Shown piece after piece: positions 1 to 11,725 of a DNA stretch of 64,000 nt. Both the position numbers and the translations under genes were made by a program. The number at the start of each line of letters is the position of its first letter. The first letter of the stretch is position 1. The notes below the pieces were generated by a model. The model saw only the letters and a program-made list of their open reading frames with translations, made no database searches and had not been told where the DNA came from. This stretch comes from Fimicolochytrium jonesii (Eukaryota), in the NCBI RefSeq assembly GCF_025526975.1, contig NW_026515680.1:682001-746000 (forward strand), read 5' to 3'.

Positions 1-947
1 TTGTATATTAACTCGAACATTTGAGCACGCGGCGTTTTGTCCTGCGTTCGGAATGGTCGGAGGCATGATCATGGACTTTTTTTTTATCTTTCTGTTCCTC
101 AATCACTGCGTAGCTTGAGCGGAAGTCAGATGTGGTGTTTTAGCAGCGAAGCTAATCCGTAGACTGGCCAAAATTTGACAGGACCATGAAGGTGACTTGG
201 CGACAAAAAATACAATCCATCGGAGCCTTTACCTCCGACTCAACGACACGTCCAAAACCACACCAGCGCAACATCAAGATCCAGCACGCAAAACGATACT
301 GCAAACAGCTTTTAATTCTTGTTTGATATCACACGCGAGAGTTACTATTTTCTTATACGAGTACAGCGAGCGCTGGAACGGGAAGAGGAGCAATGGATCG
401 CACGAACATACCTAGGGAGCCGACGCAGGGCTGCGATGGCCGAAGTTTTGGGAGATACGGTAGCGCATCTCGACATTTGGGATGCAGAGTCACGTAAGCA
501 CTTATCCAACTTAAAAAAAAGGAGTCCGGCAGAGCGTGCTGCAACTGTCGTTGGTGATGTCCTGAGGGAAACGAGAACGTGAGCACCGATGATTGACGCA
601 AGCCGCCGAGACTCGAAGGCGCTCAGCCGCATTCGCATCCAATCCAGTTCCCTTTGCGAGTTGGAATTTTCCTGGCGAGGAACGTGAAGCGCGACAGGAG
701 AAAGCGGTGATCAGCACCGCATCGACCGCGAATCGGACTATCACCCGCCTCGATGCCGAGCGCTCGTCTGTACTTCCCTTGAACCGAATTCGCGTTTCAG
801 GCTGTTGAAAACTGGCGTCCATCTACAGAGAGCCGCCGTAGGCGGGGAGATTGCTATGGCTGCAAAGCCCCTGCAATGCCGTTATGCTTACTAGTGCACG
901 GTGCCTGGAAGCCAGTGGACAGTCTCTGCCTTAGAGGAATGTCAGGA

Positions 948-983
948 GGGGTTAGGGTTAACCCTTTCATTAACCCTAACCCC
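948..983. repeat. Inverted telomere-type (TTAGGG) repeat forming a perfect hairpin
   Basis: GGGGTTAGGGTTAA (948-961), 8-nt loop, TTAACCCTAACCCC (970-983): a perfect 14-bp inverted repeat. Confidence 0.9.
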
Positions 984-2041
984 ACATGGAGCTAGAGATT
1001 GCAATTCATCAGCGGCAGGCAGATCCCAAAGGCACTCACAGCATTACCGGTTCAAGCGTGAGATGGTTGCATGTAGTTCAGCTGACTATCCCCAGCTGGT
1101 CAAAGAAAAAATTTCTCACGTATGGGGAAGATGTTGGTCTTTGAAGTGGTGAAGGCAGTAAGAAGGGAACGAAAGCAACGGCGCAGAGGCCGGTGAAGAA
1201 GAGTCACTGTCAGTCAGATGCGGCACGCGTCGCGGCCGTTGGTCATATGAGCCCTGCGCGTTTCCCCCGTACGGGACACCATGCGACGAGCGCTAGGGCT
1301 CTGTCTGCTTTGCAGCCATAAAAAATATGCGAATGCGAGCGCTTGCTGCACCCGTTGGGCACTGGTCTCTGATGTCGGTAAGAAAGGAAAAGAAGAGTGG
1401 AAACCAGAACCACTTCAGGTGTGCATCGATACGGTCGGCCGCCTCCAACGCGTCGACGCACCTATATATATAGACGTGATTGATCTTTGGCCTCGCCTTG
1501 ATTCATGTACTATCCAACGCCGCTAAAGACTTTATGCGAATGCGGAGCAGAGTGGATCCTCCAGGCTTCTTAGCGCGTGCCGAAGGACTGAAGAGTGCTG
1601 CGACGAGGATACCTCAGGAAGAGAGATGCAGTGTAAGAATGGAGGGACAAGGAGATGCGCGTTGAAAGGTTCGCATACGTACCGCCGCAAGTTGTAACAA
1701 GAAAAGGTGTTATGAAAAAATTTAGGGAGCTTCCACGCTGGCTGTACAAGTACATCCAGTTGGTAACCTCCGCACGTCGGCCCCCGGCAACGCACGTTTA
1801 CGGTCAGAGCTGCAATCTTGTCCCAGCCCGTACGGACAAGACCACCTCCAGCACCCAGTTGCAGGAATCAAAAAGGACCCACGACCGGAATGCTGGGTAC
1901 CCCGGGCTCCATAGCCTTCCCATTGTGCCGAACCAGGACGCAAGATATTGGGCCTCCACTGTAGTATACTCTATATGTGGGCTGAAACGGAAAGACATTA
2001 GCGAGACGTGCTTCACCTGTTGATATATGACCCTCACGCGT

Positions 2042-3160
2042 TCACTCACCATTCGGATCAGCAGCCTCCGCTGGTGACTCTACTTCGTCCTCGCTCTCCC
2101 TACCCGAAAGGTAATTTTCTGACTTGCCCAGGTCGTCCGCCCACTTGAGCACGGAAGGCGGCGACCCGACTCGACCTCCTTGAACCCATTCATCGTAGTC
2201 TTCGAAGAACCAGTCGTGGAGGAGGAGCAGAGATGTCTGAGGCAATTTGGTATCCCAGAAATTTCCTTTCGTAGTCGCGACGACCCTCTGGAGTGGTAGT
2301 CAATTGGGCAGAGGAACATTAGACATCCATACCCATCTCCAGGCAACGGAAGTTGGAAACTTGGGGTCGTCTAACCCATATGTGGTCCAACTGGGAGCTC
2401 GGCCACACTTCTGTCTTATCGTCGAGGATTATCGGGTGTGGAATGCAACTGAGGTGAACAAAATACGGAGGTAATACTCCCAGAATGTCCTTCTGAGGAG
2501 GCCTCATACCCATCTCTTTCGCGAGCGCACAATCAGGGTACAGTTTGACGTATTCCCCGAGGAAGTGTTGGAAGTGGCAGGATATCATTCTGCCTTTGAT
2601 AACTTCTTGACCACAACACTCATTCAGGAGTTTCACCACAGCTGCAGCGTACGGGCTACTTCCGGCAGTGCAAATAGAGATCTCGTAGTCCTTTGACACC
2701 TCCTTGACGAACTTGAGAGTGCCAGAACCAAGTAACACAAGCTTGCTTCCAAAGACCTGCCCCCGAATATCTCTGAGTTCAATCTCATGGGTTCTGCCCT
2801 TGAGATCCGTTTGTGCAAGGACTGCAAAAGGAGACTGTGAGCAACAGTGATTGCAGCACTTCAGGAATAAACCATGATTTTTACGCTCTACCTGATCCTT
2901 GCTGCCTTGCTGCCGATGGCGCGCAGCAAGGTGTTGTTGATATCCAAGATCAACGTCGACACCTTGGATATCGACGGCGAGGCCTCCTCAGAAGGACATT
3001 CTGGGAGTATTACCTCCGTATTTTGTTCACCCCAGTTGCATTCCACACCCGATAATCCTCGACGATAACAGACGACAAGGAGCCTGATGTGCACATATAT
3101 CGGCCAACTCTCGACAGTCCCGAGCCTTCGCATTTCGACATCCACCAAAGTAGTCCGCAT
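2042..3160 (-). pseudogene. FCP1/SCP (NIF-domain) HAD phosphatase-like gene, frameshifted
   Basis: Ordered motifs LILDINNTLLRA (degenerate DxDxT), KFVKEVSKDYEISICTAGSSPYAAAVVKLL, IILDDKTEVWP and LHDWFFEDYD. GT-AG introns at 2835-2891 and 2288-2375. An 8-bp tandem duplication (2899-2914) breaks the frame. The 5' end is not resolved. Confidence 0.7.
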
Positions 3161-3464
3161 ACGGATTAAACCCAGTGATCCGAAAGCCTGACGACCCTGG
3201 CTTACATTCCTGCGCTATATCTGGTAGGGCGACGAGGCCGTAGACGGAGATGCTATTTCTACGTGGTGGGATAACAGGTGTTCAGAGGGCTGGAAGTGAT
3301 CTGCGGTATTCGGCAAAATCGACAATAGGCTCGGGAGCTGCGAACGCTACAGAGTGCTCATGTAAGTCGTCGTCGTCGCCTTATTTATCATCCTCTTCTT
3401 GATCATCGTCGCCTTATTCGATATCGTCGTCGACTCTTCACTCATGTCCTCATCAGCTTTCTCC

Positions 3465-4026
3465 AAACCCGAGCTATTAACTCGCGTGGCTGAGTACTCT
3501 TCGTTCTTCATCGTCCGCAACTCCTTCTTCGTCACATCCGGTTGCTAACCGACCCGTGTTCTCGTCCTCTTAGGGATCAGGACTAGGGAATCATAGGCTT
3601 GCCGGGAGGATTCCCCAAGTCACAACGAGCTATTGCTACTTGTTCAGGTCGGTTCTCTCTTCTTAGTCGTCCTCAACTCTAGATACATCCCTCGAATGCT
3701 TGCCATAACCGAGGTGTTCTCGTTCACTTAGGGATCAAGACTCGGAAACAATGGCTTGCCGGGGGAGTCCCCAAGCCAACGAGCTATTAGTACTTTACGC
3801 AGGTCGGTTCTCTCTTCTTCGCTCCATCCCTCGTATGACTGTCGTTCAACCAACTATGTTCTCTTTCACTTAGGGATCAGGACTCGGGATCATTGGCTTT
3901 ACCGGGAGATTCCCCAAGCCACCGAGCTATTACCAATCCACTCAGGTGGGTTCCTCTCTCCTTCGTCATCCTCCTCTCCTCCTATCCTGTGACTGCTGCT
4001 AACGTTCTCTTTGGCTACCTCCCCAG
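3465..4026 (+). repeat. Tandem array of ~150-bp exon-intron cassettes with LRR-like exons (probable decayed LRR gene)
   Basis: Three related units, each with pyrimidine tract, TTAG|GGATCA... exon ...CAG|GT(C/G)GGT. Exons at 3574-3647, 3732-3802 and 3874-3945 (74, 71, 72 nt) translate to LGNHRLAGRIP, LGNNGLPGESP and LGIIGFTGRFP. A partial unit lies upstream near 3465. Confidence 0.7.
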
Positions 4027-4902
4027 CATTGCGGTGCTGGTGGTCATATGGTTGCAGTCATAAAGCGCCTTCACTAGTCGTAATATTATGAAGTAAATAC
4101 AAAACATTACGGTCTATGATAATTGCTTGTTCCATTGGCTGTTCTTATCGGCGCAGTTGAGGATTGGATGTCATATTGGCCATGCCGTATGTCAGATCGC
4201 ACGCATCAACAACGGGGATGGTCGTTCTCGTTGGGGATGCGGTCGGTCGACTTTCGTACGTCGACCACATCATTGCTCTGCGCCGGTGAAACGCATCCAG
4301 TAGGTGGCAGGCGGAGAATCTTCCCAACATTGGCCATGTGAACGCAAGGAGGATCTGAGGACCAGCTCCCTTTGGACATGCGGCAAAGAGACATGGGCCC
4401 CTTTCATTTTTTCGCTGTCGGGCCGACCTCTGTGCCCCTCTCGTTGCTATGCTCAGTTTCCGGGATATCTTAACCGTTGGTGGGGGGTGAAAGGGTCCAT
4501 ACTATGCAGCCGAAAGTCGCAATGCCGGTTAAATGCCGGTCTCGCGTTCTCCAGCGGAAAGAGGCGGAAACCTTCATTCCAATTCCAACTTGCCAACACC
4601 CGAGACGAAGCACGAAAGGGAACGACAGGCTTCTCTTTGCTGGAGCGACATATACCCATATATCCTATCGTCATCCATAGTGCAGTACAGCCAGAGAGAT
4701 CAGCGGTTCCGCCGTCCAGTCTCAGCTTTCAGTACCAGCAGCCTGCCATTGCCGGCGCAACGTTGCGAACCGACAAGCACTAAAGCAACCCAAGATTCTG
4801 GAGACACCCTCGTCGAGGTTGCGTACAGCCGCCACAGTACCTACGGCGTTCACAACTGCCTTGTCACGGCTACCCACGGAGGAGGCATCCCATTGCCAAA
4901 GC

Positions 4903-5712
4903 ATGCCGGCCGCGGCAAGCACCCATGAAAACGACCGCAGACCGGACCCACGGCCGACAGATCCCGAAGTCGAAGGACAGCCGCCACAGCCTGCCAAACC
5001 GAAAGAAACAAGGATGTGGAAAGCGTTGCTGGAACGGGAGCGGGAGCGACGGAAGGCGCGGAGAGAACAGCCGAAGGAGAATTGGGATGAGATTTGCTTT
5101 GTTGCTGTCAAACAGGTTCGTAAAAACCCACCGTGGAAAACTGCTGGAGTGTGTTGGCTCACTGTCACTCATACTAGACGGACGAACGACGAAAGCGGAA
5201 CCTGCCACCTTACACGAAACTCGTATGTTTCCAGCGTCGAACAGACACGACGGAACAGGGAGGGGTATCGCAGACGGCGCATCGGGTGCATATGCTTGTA
5301 TCGCAGGATCTAGCAGAGTCCGCGCAGCATCTTGAGGGAATGTCGCAGATGATGGAGGAGGTGTCGGATACTGCCGTTGAGAGCAAGGTTGAGGTTAAGG
5401 AAGCCCAGAAGTCTTTGCTCAAAGCCAAAGAGCCTCCTAAGTTGACGAGTTGAGTCCCTTGTCCTCTTCGTGCCCCTTCAATCCAGCATATTCTGACTAT
5501 CATTGGTCAACCTCACAGCAATAGAATACCTAAAACGCATCTACCGCCCCAACATCGAGCTCTATACCAACTACGGCAAAAGCTGGGAGAACGGCAATTC
5601 GCGTCGGCTATTGGAAAGCTACATTGGGAGCGTGTGGAAAGGCGACCCGGTGCGATTGGCGTCGCAATGCGTGGTGAAGTGGAAGGAGTGGATAGCCCAG
5701 TTGCAGAAATAG
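4903..5712 (+). CDS. Hypothetical multi-exon protein, unknown function (start uncertain)
   Basis: GT-AG introns at 5116-5177, 5223-5306 and 5449-5518 join frame-compatible exons (MWKALLERERERRKARREQPKENWDEIC... to ...IEYLKRIYRPNIELYTNYGKSW...WIAQLQK*). No family recognised. Confidence 0.45.
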
Positions 5713-6303
5713 GTCGTGTGACGGGGAGGGATCGGGGGTTGGGGGGGGGGGGGGTGTCTGCGACATTCGTGCGTTGTATATATTGGGCATGGTCCCATCT
5801 TTTTTGGTGGTCTTGTAAATGGTTTTCTGAGCCTGTCCTTGTTCTGGAGAGTAGACTGAAAACCTTGAGGCCTGGTTTCGCTTCTGTAGCGACAGCACGA
5901 CCAGCTTCCTTGTCGCGAGTTGGGCAATCTGAGCTTCGCGTCCATCTCGCCCGAAGGGGCTGATCGAATCGGACCTGGCCGTGTAGCTTCCGGTGATGAT
6001 CACAATGCGGGGACGCTACCCGTTGCCCCGTGCGTCAAAACACCCAGGCGTCGCCAATGTTGGCGGCGAGGTCTAACGTATCTGGGACAGTATGGTGCCG
6101 AGCAACATGCCCGACGCGCGCATCTGGTTTCGGGGTCGCATCAATGAAACGAGTGACCCGACGATAGATTCGGTAAACTCTTGTATTGTCATGTACGGGT
6201 CACAAACAGCATCATAGAATACAAGTCAGCGATGCATACGTAGCACAAAAAGGTCCATATCATGTAAGCCATATCACAAACGCAAGGTGTGCGAAGTTGC
6301 TGT

Positions 6304-7523
6304 CTACATCATCACAACAACAGCAGCGACAACCCCCAAAGCCCACACAGCACGCGAGACCCTAACCCCACCCGCAGCAGCACTCTCCCCATCCCCAAAC
6401 TCTGCCCTCTCCAGCACCTCGCTCCTACGTGCCTTAGCACCCGCACCCTTCAAATCCGGCAAAACAACATGATCAATCACATGCACGACTCCGCCCTTGA
6501 CGAGGATATCCGCCTTCGTGACCTTGCCCGGCGGCAATTTGAAGCTCCTGGTACCGGCGCCGGAGACGCTGACGACGTTCTTGGAGACGGAGACGGTGAG
6601 GTCGGCGCCCTTGAGCGCGGAGGCGACGGTGACGGGCTTGCCGTCGGTAGGGAGGTCGGTGGAGAAATATTCGTGGTGGGGCGCGATGTGGAATTTGAGG
6701 ATGGAGGCGAGGAGGGCGGGGGTGATGGCGACGTTTTGGGATTTGGCGAAGGTGGTGATGCGGTCGAAGGCGCGGTTGGTTGGGGCGAAGCTGGCGGATG
6801 GGAAAAAGAGGGGGGGTGAGATTGTGAATGGACTGCTCCCGTTAACTCGGGAGGAGTGGGAAACAGCGTAGATCAGACAGGTACAGCAGGTACATACAGA
6901 GTGAACTTGGTAAGCCCCGCGGCATCCTTTGCAAGCCCCGCGGTCTGCACGGCCTTGATCAACGAAGTCAACCCAGCGTCCTTCGCAACATCCGCCAAAG
7001 CCCGTGGCGGAGTCAACACCGTGTCAACCACATGCACGACCCCTTTGGCTACGGTAACCGACTCAGTCACTTTAGCCTGCCCGCCGTCAAACTTGACCGT
7101 GACGTCTTTCCCCTTGACATTCACCTGCACGGCATCGTCGTTCAGCGCGGTCTGCGGGAACGATTTCGCAGGCGCCTTGCTGGGGTCAAAGGCAACCCCC
7201 GGGAGGAAATGGTACTTGAGCACATCGAGCAACCATTCGGGGTCAGCGGTCACATTGGCGTACAGGTCCGGGTACTTTTTCTGAAACTTCTCCAACGCGG
7301 TGTTGGAGGGTGCGAAGAAGGTGAATTCGCCGGCTTGGGCGAGCAGCTGCTCCGCTTGCGGTTTGAGGTCCTGGAAGAGGGCTTCGAGGGCGGAGAGAGC
7401 GCCGGATTGTTTGAGCGAGTTTTCGACTTGGGTGATCAGACTGTTGAGGTCTTGGGCGGTGGTTGGGTGGAGGAGGGTGAAGAGGGTGGCGAGGAGGAGG
7501 GTGAGGTGGGCGAACAATTTCAT
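6304..7523 (-). CDS. Secreted fasciclin protein with two FAS1 domains, probable GPI anchor; 2 exons
   Basis: Signal peptide MKLFAHLTLLLATLF. FAS1 motifs FTFFAPSNTA, LKYH, GVVHVVDTVL and again FTLFAPTNRAF, LKFH, GVVHVIDHVV. Hydrophobic C-terminus. One intron at about 6792-6897. Confidence 0.92.
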
Positions 7524-8910
7524 TTTGAATGGTGTCTTAGATAGAATGGTCCCGGAAGACGGATGGTATGAAGATGTTGAATCTCAGATCAGATCATAGA
7601 ATGTGTCTTTCAAATGCGTTGCGGGAACTGGAGATTCTCGCTTCTCCCCAAAACATGCCTCTCATTTTATAGCCGGACCGGGCGCCCTGATTCCATGCGG
7701 AACATCGCACCTCGATTCACAGGCTGTATCCTGCCCGCTCAGGGTCCTAACGCACGTTTTTTTCCTTGGCACCCAATACCCACTCAAATTGCGCACATTC
7801 TCCCATCCCACTGAGTCATTGTAAACGCCGCAAAAGAAGGCGTTCACGTAGCCTCACGAGACCAACCACTTAACTCTGACTGAACCATATCCGAGCGCAT
7901 AAGACAGCCGACGAACCAGACGAAATTGAACCCTCCAGGAAAGAAGCAAGATGGCGCAAGCCACGACTCCCTGGCGCGAAATGGTGTCATTTTCGGGACC
8001 ACCATACCGGAAGGGATGGGTGTCATCCGCGATGGTTGAGCCTAACTGGAAGTGCATATGTCGGGATTGCTGATGTAATCATGGGAACGCGCTGTCGAGT
8101 TCTCGCCCGAGCGTTTGAGCGATAAAGCCCCCCTCACAGTATTCAGCCGCCGGTCAACCTTAGCTGCTTTAAAGTGTAGTCTCCCTGGACGGCCGCAATT
8201 TGCGCCGACGAAAGGATCGGACGACAGAGATCAGGTGTTTCCCTCGCTCCTTTCGGGAATTCCGCTTTTCCCGCTCCCGCCGGCGGAACGGGTGTGTCAA
8301 TGCTGGCCGTTTGCGGCAGGGACCTGATGGAGGACCGAGGTGAAGCCCTTTGGATCGGGACCGTGAAGCACAGAGTCATTAGCCTTCGTCTGTGCAGCAT
8401 TCGTGTCCTTGCGCCTTGGGATGACTGGATAATTTCTGAAGGCTGGGGAGTTGCCAAGGAACAGTTGATGAGTCAATGACTGCTGCTTCTAGTGGAAACG
8501 GTCAGGCAGATGTCATTTGGTAGACATAGGGGCTGCAACTTAGAATGCTGCTTTGTGGATGTTACGCTGGTTGCGTTATGTGCGCACTTACAATGCATCT
8601 GGGACGTCAACACCGAGTTGACTGCCCAACTCCATTGATCTTATTGGTAGAGACGAGGAGTACATATACAGCAAAGGGGTGTCAATCTTTGAATCCATTT
8701 AGGACTAGGACATACCGATACTCCCCATCGTGCCTATGGCACTCCAAATGATCAGGTGCAATGCGACAGCTTTTCATTTGATGAGAGGCCTGACTGATCC
8801 ATCGGGCAAGGCGCCGAAGTACTTACAGTCATTTACCTCCAACATCCTGAACCAACAATCTCGCAACTGCATACCCAGGAAATCTACTCCACTCCACTCA
8901 GCCTCATCCA

Positions 8911-9510
8911 TCAACCCCCCGCGCTGGGTTCGTTGGTCTTTCGGTCGTCCAGATTTGCCATGTCCCGCAACGCTTCCTCCTCCAACCGAAACGTCGTGCT
9001 ATCATCGACGATTCTGGCCCCGACCCTCTTCGTATAAAACTCCGCGGCCTTTACATTCCTGGCTCAAACCCCCAAAGGTGAGACACACAATCCTCCCAGC
9101 AAAACGATCAATGCTCCCAGAACCTACCCCCTGAAAGCGCCCCACTCCATCCTCCCACAGCCCCTCTCCACGCACACCTTCGCCAACTCCCTCAAGATCG
9201 CCGTTCCAACGCCGCGCCCCCGGTACTCCTCCGCGACAATCAGATCCTCCAAAAAGAAACACGGCCCCACCGCCGTCGAGAAGCTGAAGAAATAGATGGC
9301 TAATGCGACTTCATGCCCGTTGAGGACGGCGAAGATGGCGGACGCGTACGGGTGCGGGGTGAAGAGCGTGGTGAGCAGTTTGGATTCGGTCGCATGGCAC
9401 TTTGTGGGGGCGCCTTCGTAGGCGGCGTGGAGTTTGATGAAGGCGAGGATGAGGGGGACGTCTTGGGGGAGGGCTTTGCGGATGTGGATGGGTGTTGTGG
9501 TGGCGGACAT
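8911..9510 (-). CDS. GNAT acetyltransferase, diamine/spermidine N-acetyltransferase (SSAT/ATS1-like); 2 exons
   Basis: IRKALPQDVPLILAFIK, FLEDLIVAEEYRGRGVG (acetyl-CoA motif A) and CGRMEW. Exon 2 GNVKAAEFYTKRVGA...FRLEEEAL ends in TGA at 8911. Confidence 0.88.
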
Positions 9511-9805
9511 GGCTTGGGAAGAGTCGAAAGCAACGGATAAGTGCCGGAACAGAGCATCGGCAGAGCGTCACCCACAGGCCACTGGAGAACACGCCTCGGT
9601 CCAGCCTGTCTGCAATTCATTTTGACAGCGTCGCTCGTTTCATCTCAGTCATTTTGCATTGCATCACGCACCGAGAGGGAACTCCATCTCTCAGCGCCGG
9701 ACACCTCTGAATATATACGATATGTACAACCACCTCTCAGTGATGAAACGTCCGTCCAGTCCAGCAACATGTCCACAAAAATTCGGCATGAAACAAGTCT
9801 GCATT

Positions 9806-11725
9806 TCACGACGATACAGGGCTCTCCACCTTGTCTCCCATCGCCGCTGCCATACCACCGCCCTCCCTCCCCACCTCCCTCTCAGCTTCCCTCCGCCGTG
9901 TCGTAGTCCCCACCTTCCCCACATCCATCCCCTGTATATACCACTCAATGTAAGCCCTATTACTGCTCAAATTCTCCATAAACCCCTTCTCCATCCACTC
10001 GCTCACATGCGCGACCGCCTGTCCAATCTGCCTTCCTTGCAACCCCGGATGATGTTTCTTGACGAGGTCGCCGATCGAGACCTCTTTCTTCTTTTGGGGG
10101 GTGGGAGTGTCGGTGTTGAGGCCTGTGATGTGGATTTGGGTAATGTGGCCGGTGAGTGTGAACGGTTCGGAGAGGGGGTCCCAGTGGGCGATGAGGTTGC
10201 TATCGGCTGCTTTGCCGCCGGTGCGGACGTGGAGAGTGATGTGTGGGGTATCGTTTTCAGAGAGTTTGAGGGTCGGGTCGTGCGCGTGCTCGACTTTCAC
10301 GGCGGTGACCTTATCGGGGAGGGTGCCGTGTGCTATGACACGAACTGTGACGGGTGCGCCTAGACCGCCTAATGGGTCGACGAGGTGGGGTTTAGCGGGC
10401 CCGAGGTTGATTGTGACGTGGTGGTATTTGGTGACGGCGTCCGAGTGTGGTGGCGGGAATGCGGTGGTGAGTTTCGTGACGCTGGATGGGTCGAGGAGGA
10501 TGGCGGTGTATTTGATTTGGTCGACGAGTTCGAGCATTGTGCGGAAGAGGGAGGCGCTTGTTCGGCGTTGGAGTTTGCAGAAGGGGGTTGGGGAGGAGGT
10601 GGAGGCTCGTGTCGTGAGGGGTTGTTTGTCTTCTCTGTTTGCAACGTTGTCATCGCTGCAATCCGTCAAGGAGGCCTGGCTCGCGCAGCTGCTCGTCCGT
10701 GACATCGACCCATCACAGTCACCTTCACCACCTCGACCACCCCGCTGCTGTTTATGCGCATCCTCCTCCCTCCGTTTCGCCGCCAAAATCCGGCCATTGC
10801 ATATCGCCACCAACTCCTTCACCAGCTCCTTCTCACTGTCCTCCGGCATATATTTCGCCGACTTGTTCGTATGCACAACATGATGCACCGCGAAAGACCG
10901 CAGCTTCCCCTTCGTACTCAGACTCCTCAACCGGTTCGCAAACAGATCTAGATGCCGTTTGCGATCATCGTAGATCTCGACATGTGTGATGCTCGGGAAC
11001 GCCGTGAAAAGGCTGTCCAGCACGGCCAGTTTGAAATCCAGCGTTGTTGCATGGTACAGTGGTGCTTTCGCGGGGTCGTGCCCTTCGCGGAAGAAGAACA
11101 GATCGAATTCCAGTGGCGGGTGATGCACCTGACATATGCGTTTGATCCGCTCTCCAAACCGGTCGTGTCTCCGTCCAGTTAACAAAACACATAGGGTGTC
11201 CTCGTCCCGTCGCGCGATACCCGCAAAGACGGCGGCCACCGTCTCAGAATGGTACCAGCTTGCATCTGGGATATCGGGAACGTAGGGCGGCTGCATCGTT
11301 CGCGGGTCCTGGAACCAGCCGCAGTCGCCTATCAGGGCGCCGCGAAGTTGGTCGGACCAGAGATCGGGGTTGGGCATCGGGGAGCGGAAGAGGGTCGAGT
11401 CGAAATCGAAGATGAGGAGGCGGCTTGGAGGTTTGCGTCGTCGGTGGGGTGGTTGGTGCTGGGCGGTGGATGGAGTTGGGAGCGATCCTTCACTGGCTCC
11501 GTTTGGGGTTCCGTCGGCGGTGGTTGCTGCATTGGTCGTATCGGTCGGGGCTTGCACCATCCCGTGTTGGAGGTCACCATCCCCATAGACCGTCTTCGCG
11601 AGGTCTGCATGACCGTGAGAGCAGTTTAGAGTGCTTCCCGGGTATTGACGACAAAGGAGCGCTCCCGCACATACGAACGTACCGTTTATTGCGCTCTCGT
11701 AAAGGAACCGCTCAGCAGCCGACAT
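9806..11725 (-). CDS. HAD (Swiss-Army-Knife RNA repair type) phosphatase fused to a 2H cyclic phosphodiesterase-like domain
   Basis: HAD motifs IFDFDSTLFRSP, LLTGR and IYDDR; paired 2H motifs HHVTI and PHITL. Likely 78-nt in-frame intron at 11605-11682. Confidence 0.8.
   Translation of the reverse strand: MSAAERFLYESAINGTFVCAGALLCRQYPGSTLNCSHGHADLAKTVYGDGDLQHGMVQAPTDTTNAATTADGTPNGASEGSLPTPSTAQHQPPHRRRKPPSRLLIFDFDSTLFRSPMPNPDLWSDQLRGALIGDCGWFQDPRTMQPPYVPDIPDASWYHSETVAAVFAGIARRDEDTLCVLLTGRRHDRFGERIKRICQVHHPPLEFDLFFFREGHDPAKAPLYHATTLDFKLAVLDSLFTAFPSITHVEIYDDRKRHLDLFANRLRSLSTKGKLRSFAVHHVVHTNKSAKYMPEDSEKELVKELVAICNGRILAAKRREEDAHKQQRGGRGGEGDCDGSMSRTSSCASQASLTDCSDDNVANREDKQPLTTRASTSSPTPFCKLQRRTSASLFRTMLELVDQIKYTAILLDPSSVTKLTTAFPPPHSDAVTKYHHVTINLGPAKPHLVDPLGGLGAPVTVRVIAHGTLPDKVTAVKVEHAHDPTLKLSENDTPHITLHVRTGGKAADSNLIAHWDPLSEPFTLTGHITQIHITGLNTDTPTPQKKKEVSIGDLVKKHHPGLQGRQIGQAVAHVSEWMEKGFMENLSSNRAYIEWYIQGMDVGKVGTTTRRREAEREVGREGGGMAAAMGDKVESPVSS

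Noticed and set aside
120..2030. Assignable gene or transposon in the first 2 kb
   Set aside because: Only short protein-like patches in shifting frames, with no diagnostic motif.
4021..4080. Helitron 3' end (hairpin followed by CTAG)
   Set aside because: The hairpin-to-CTAG spacing is about 35 nt, longer than typical, and no matching 5' end or Rep/helicase was seen.
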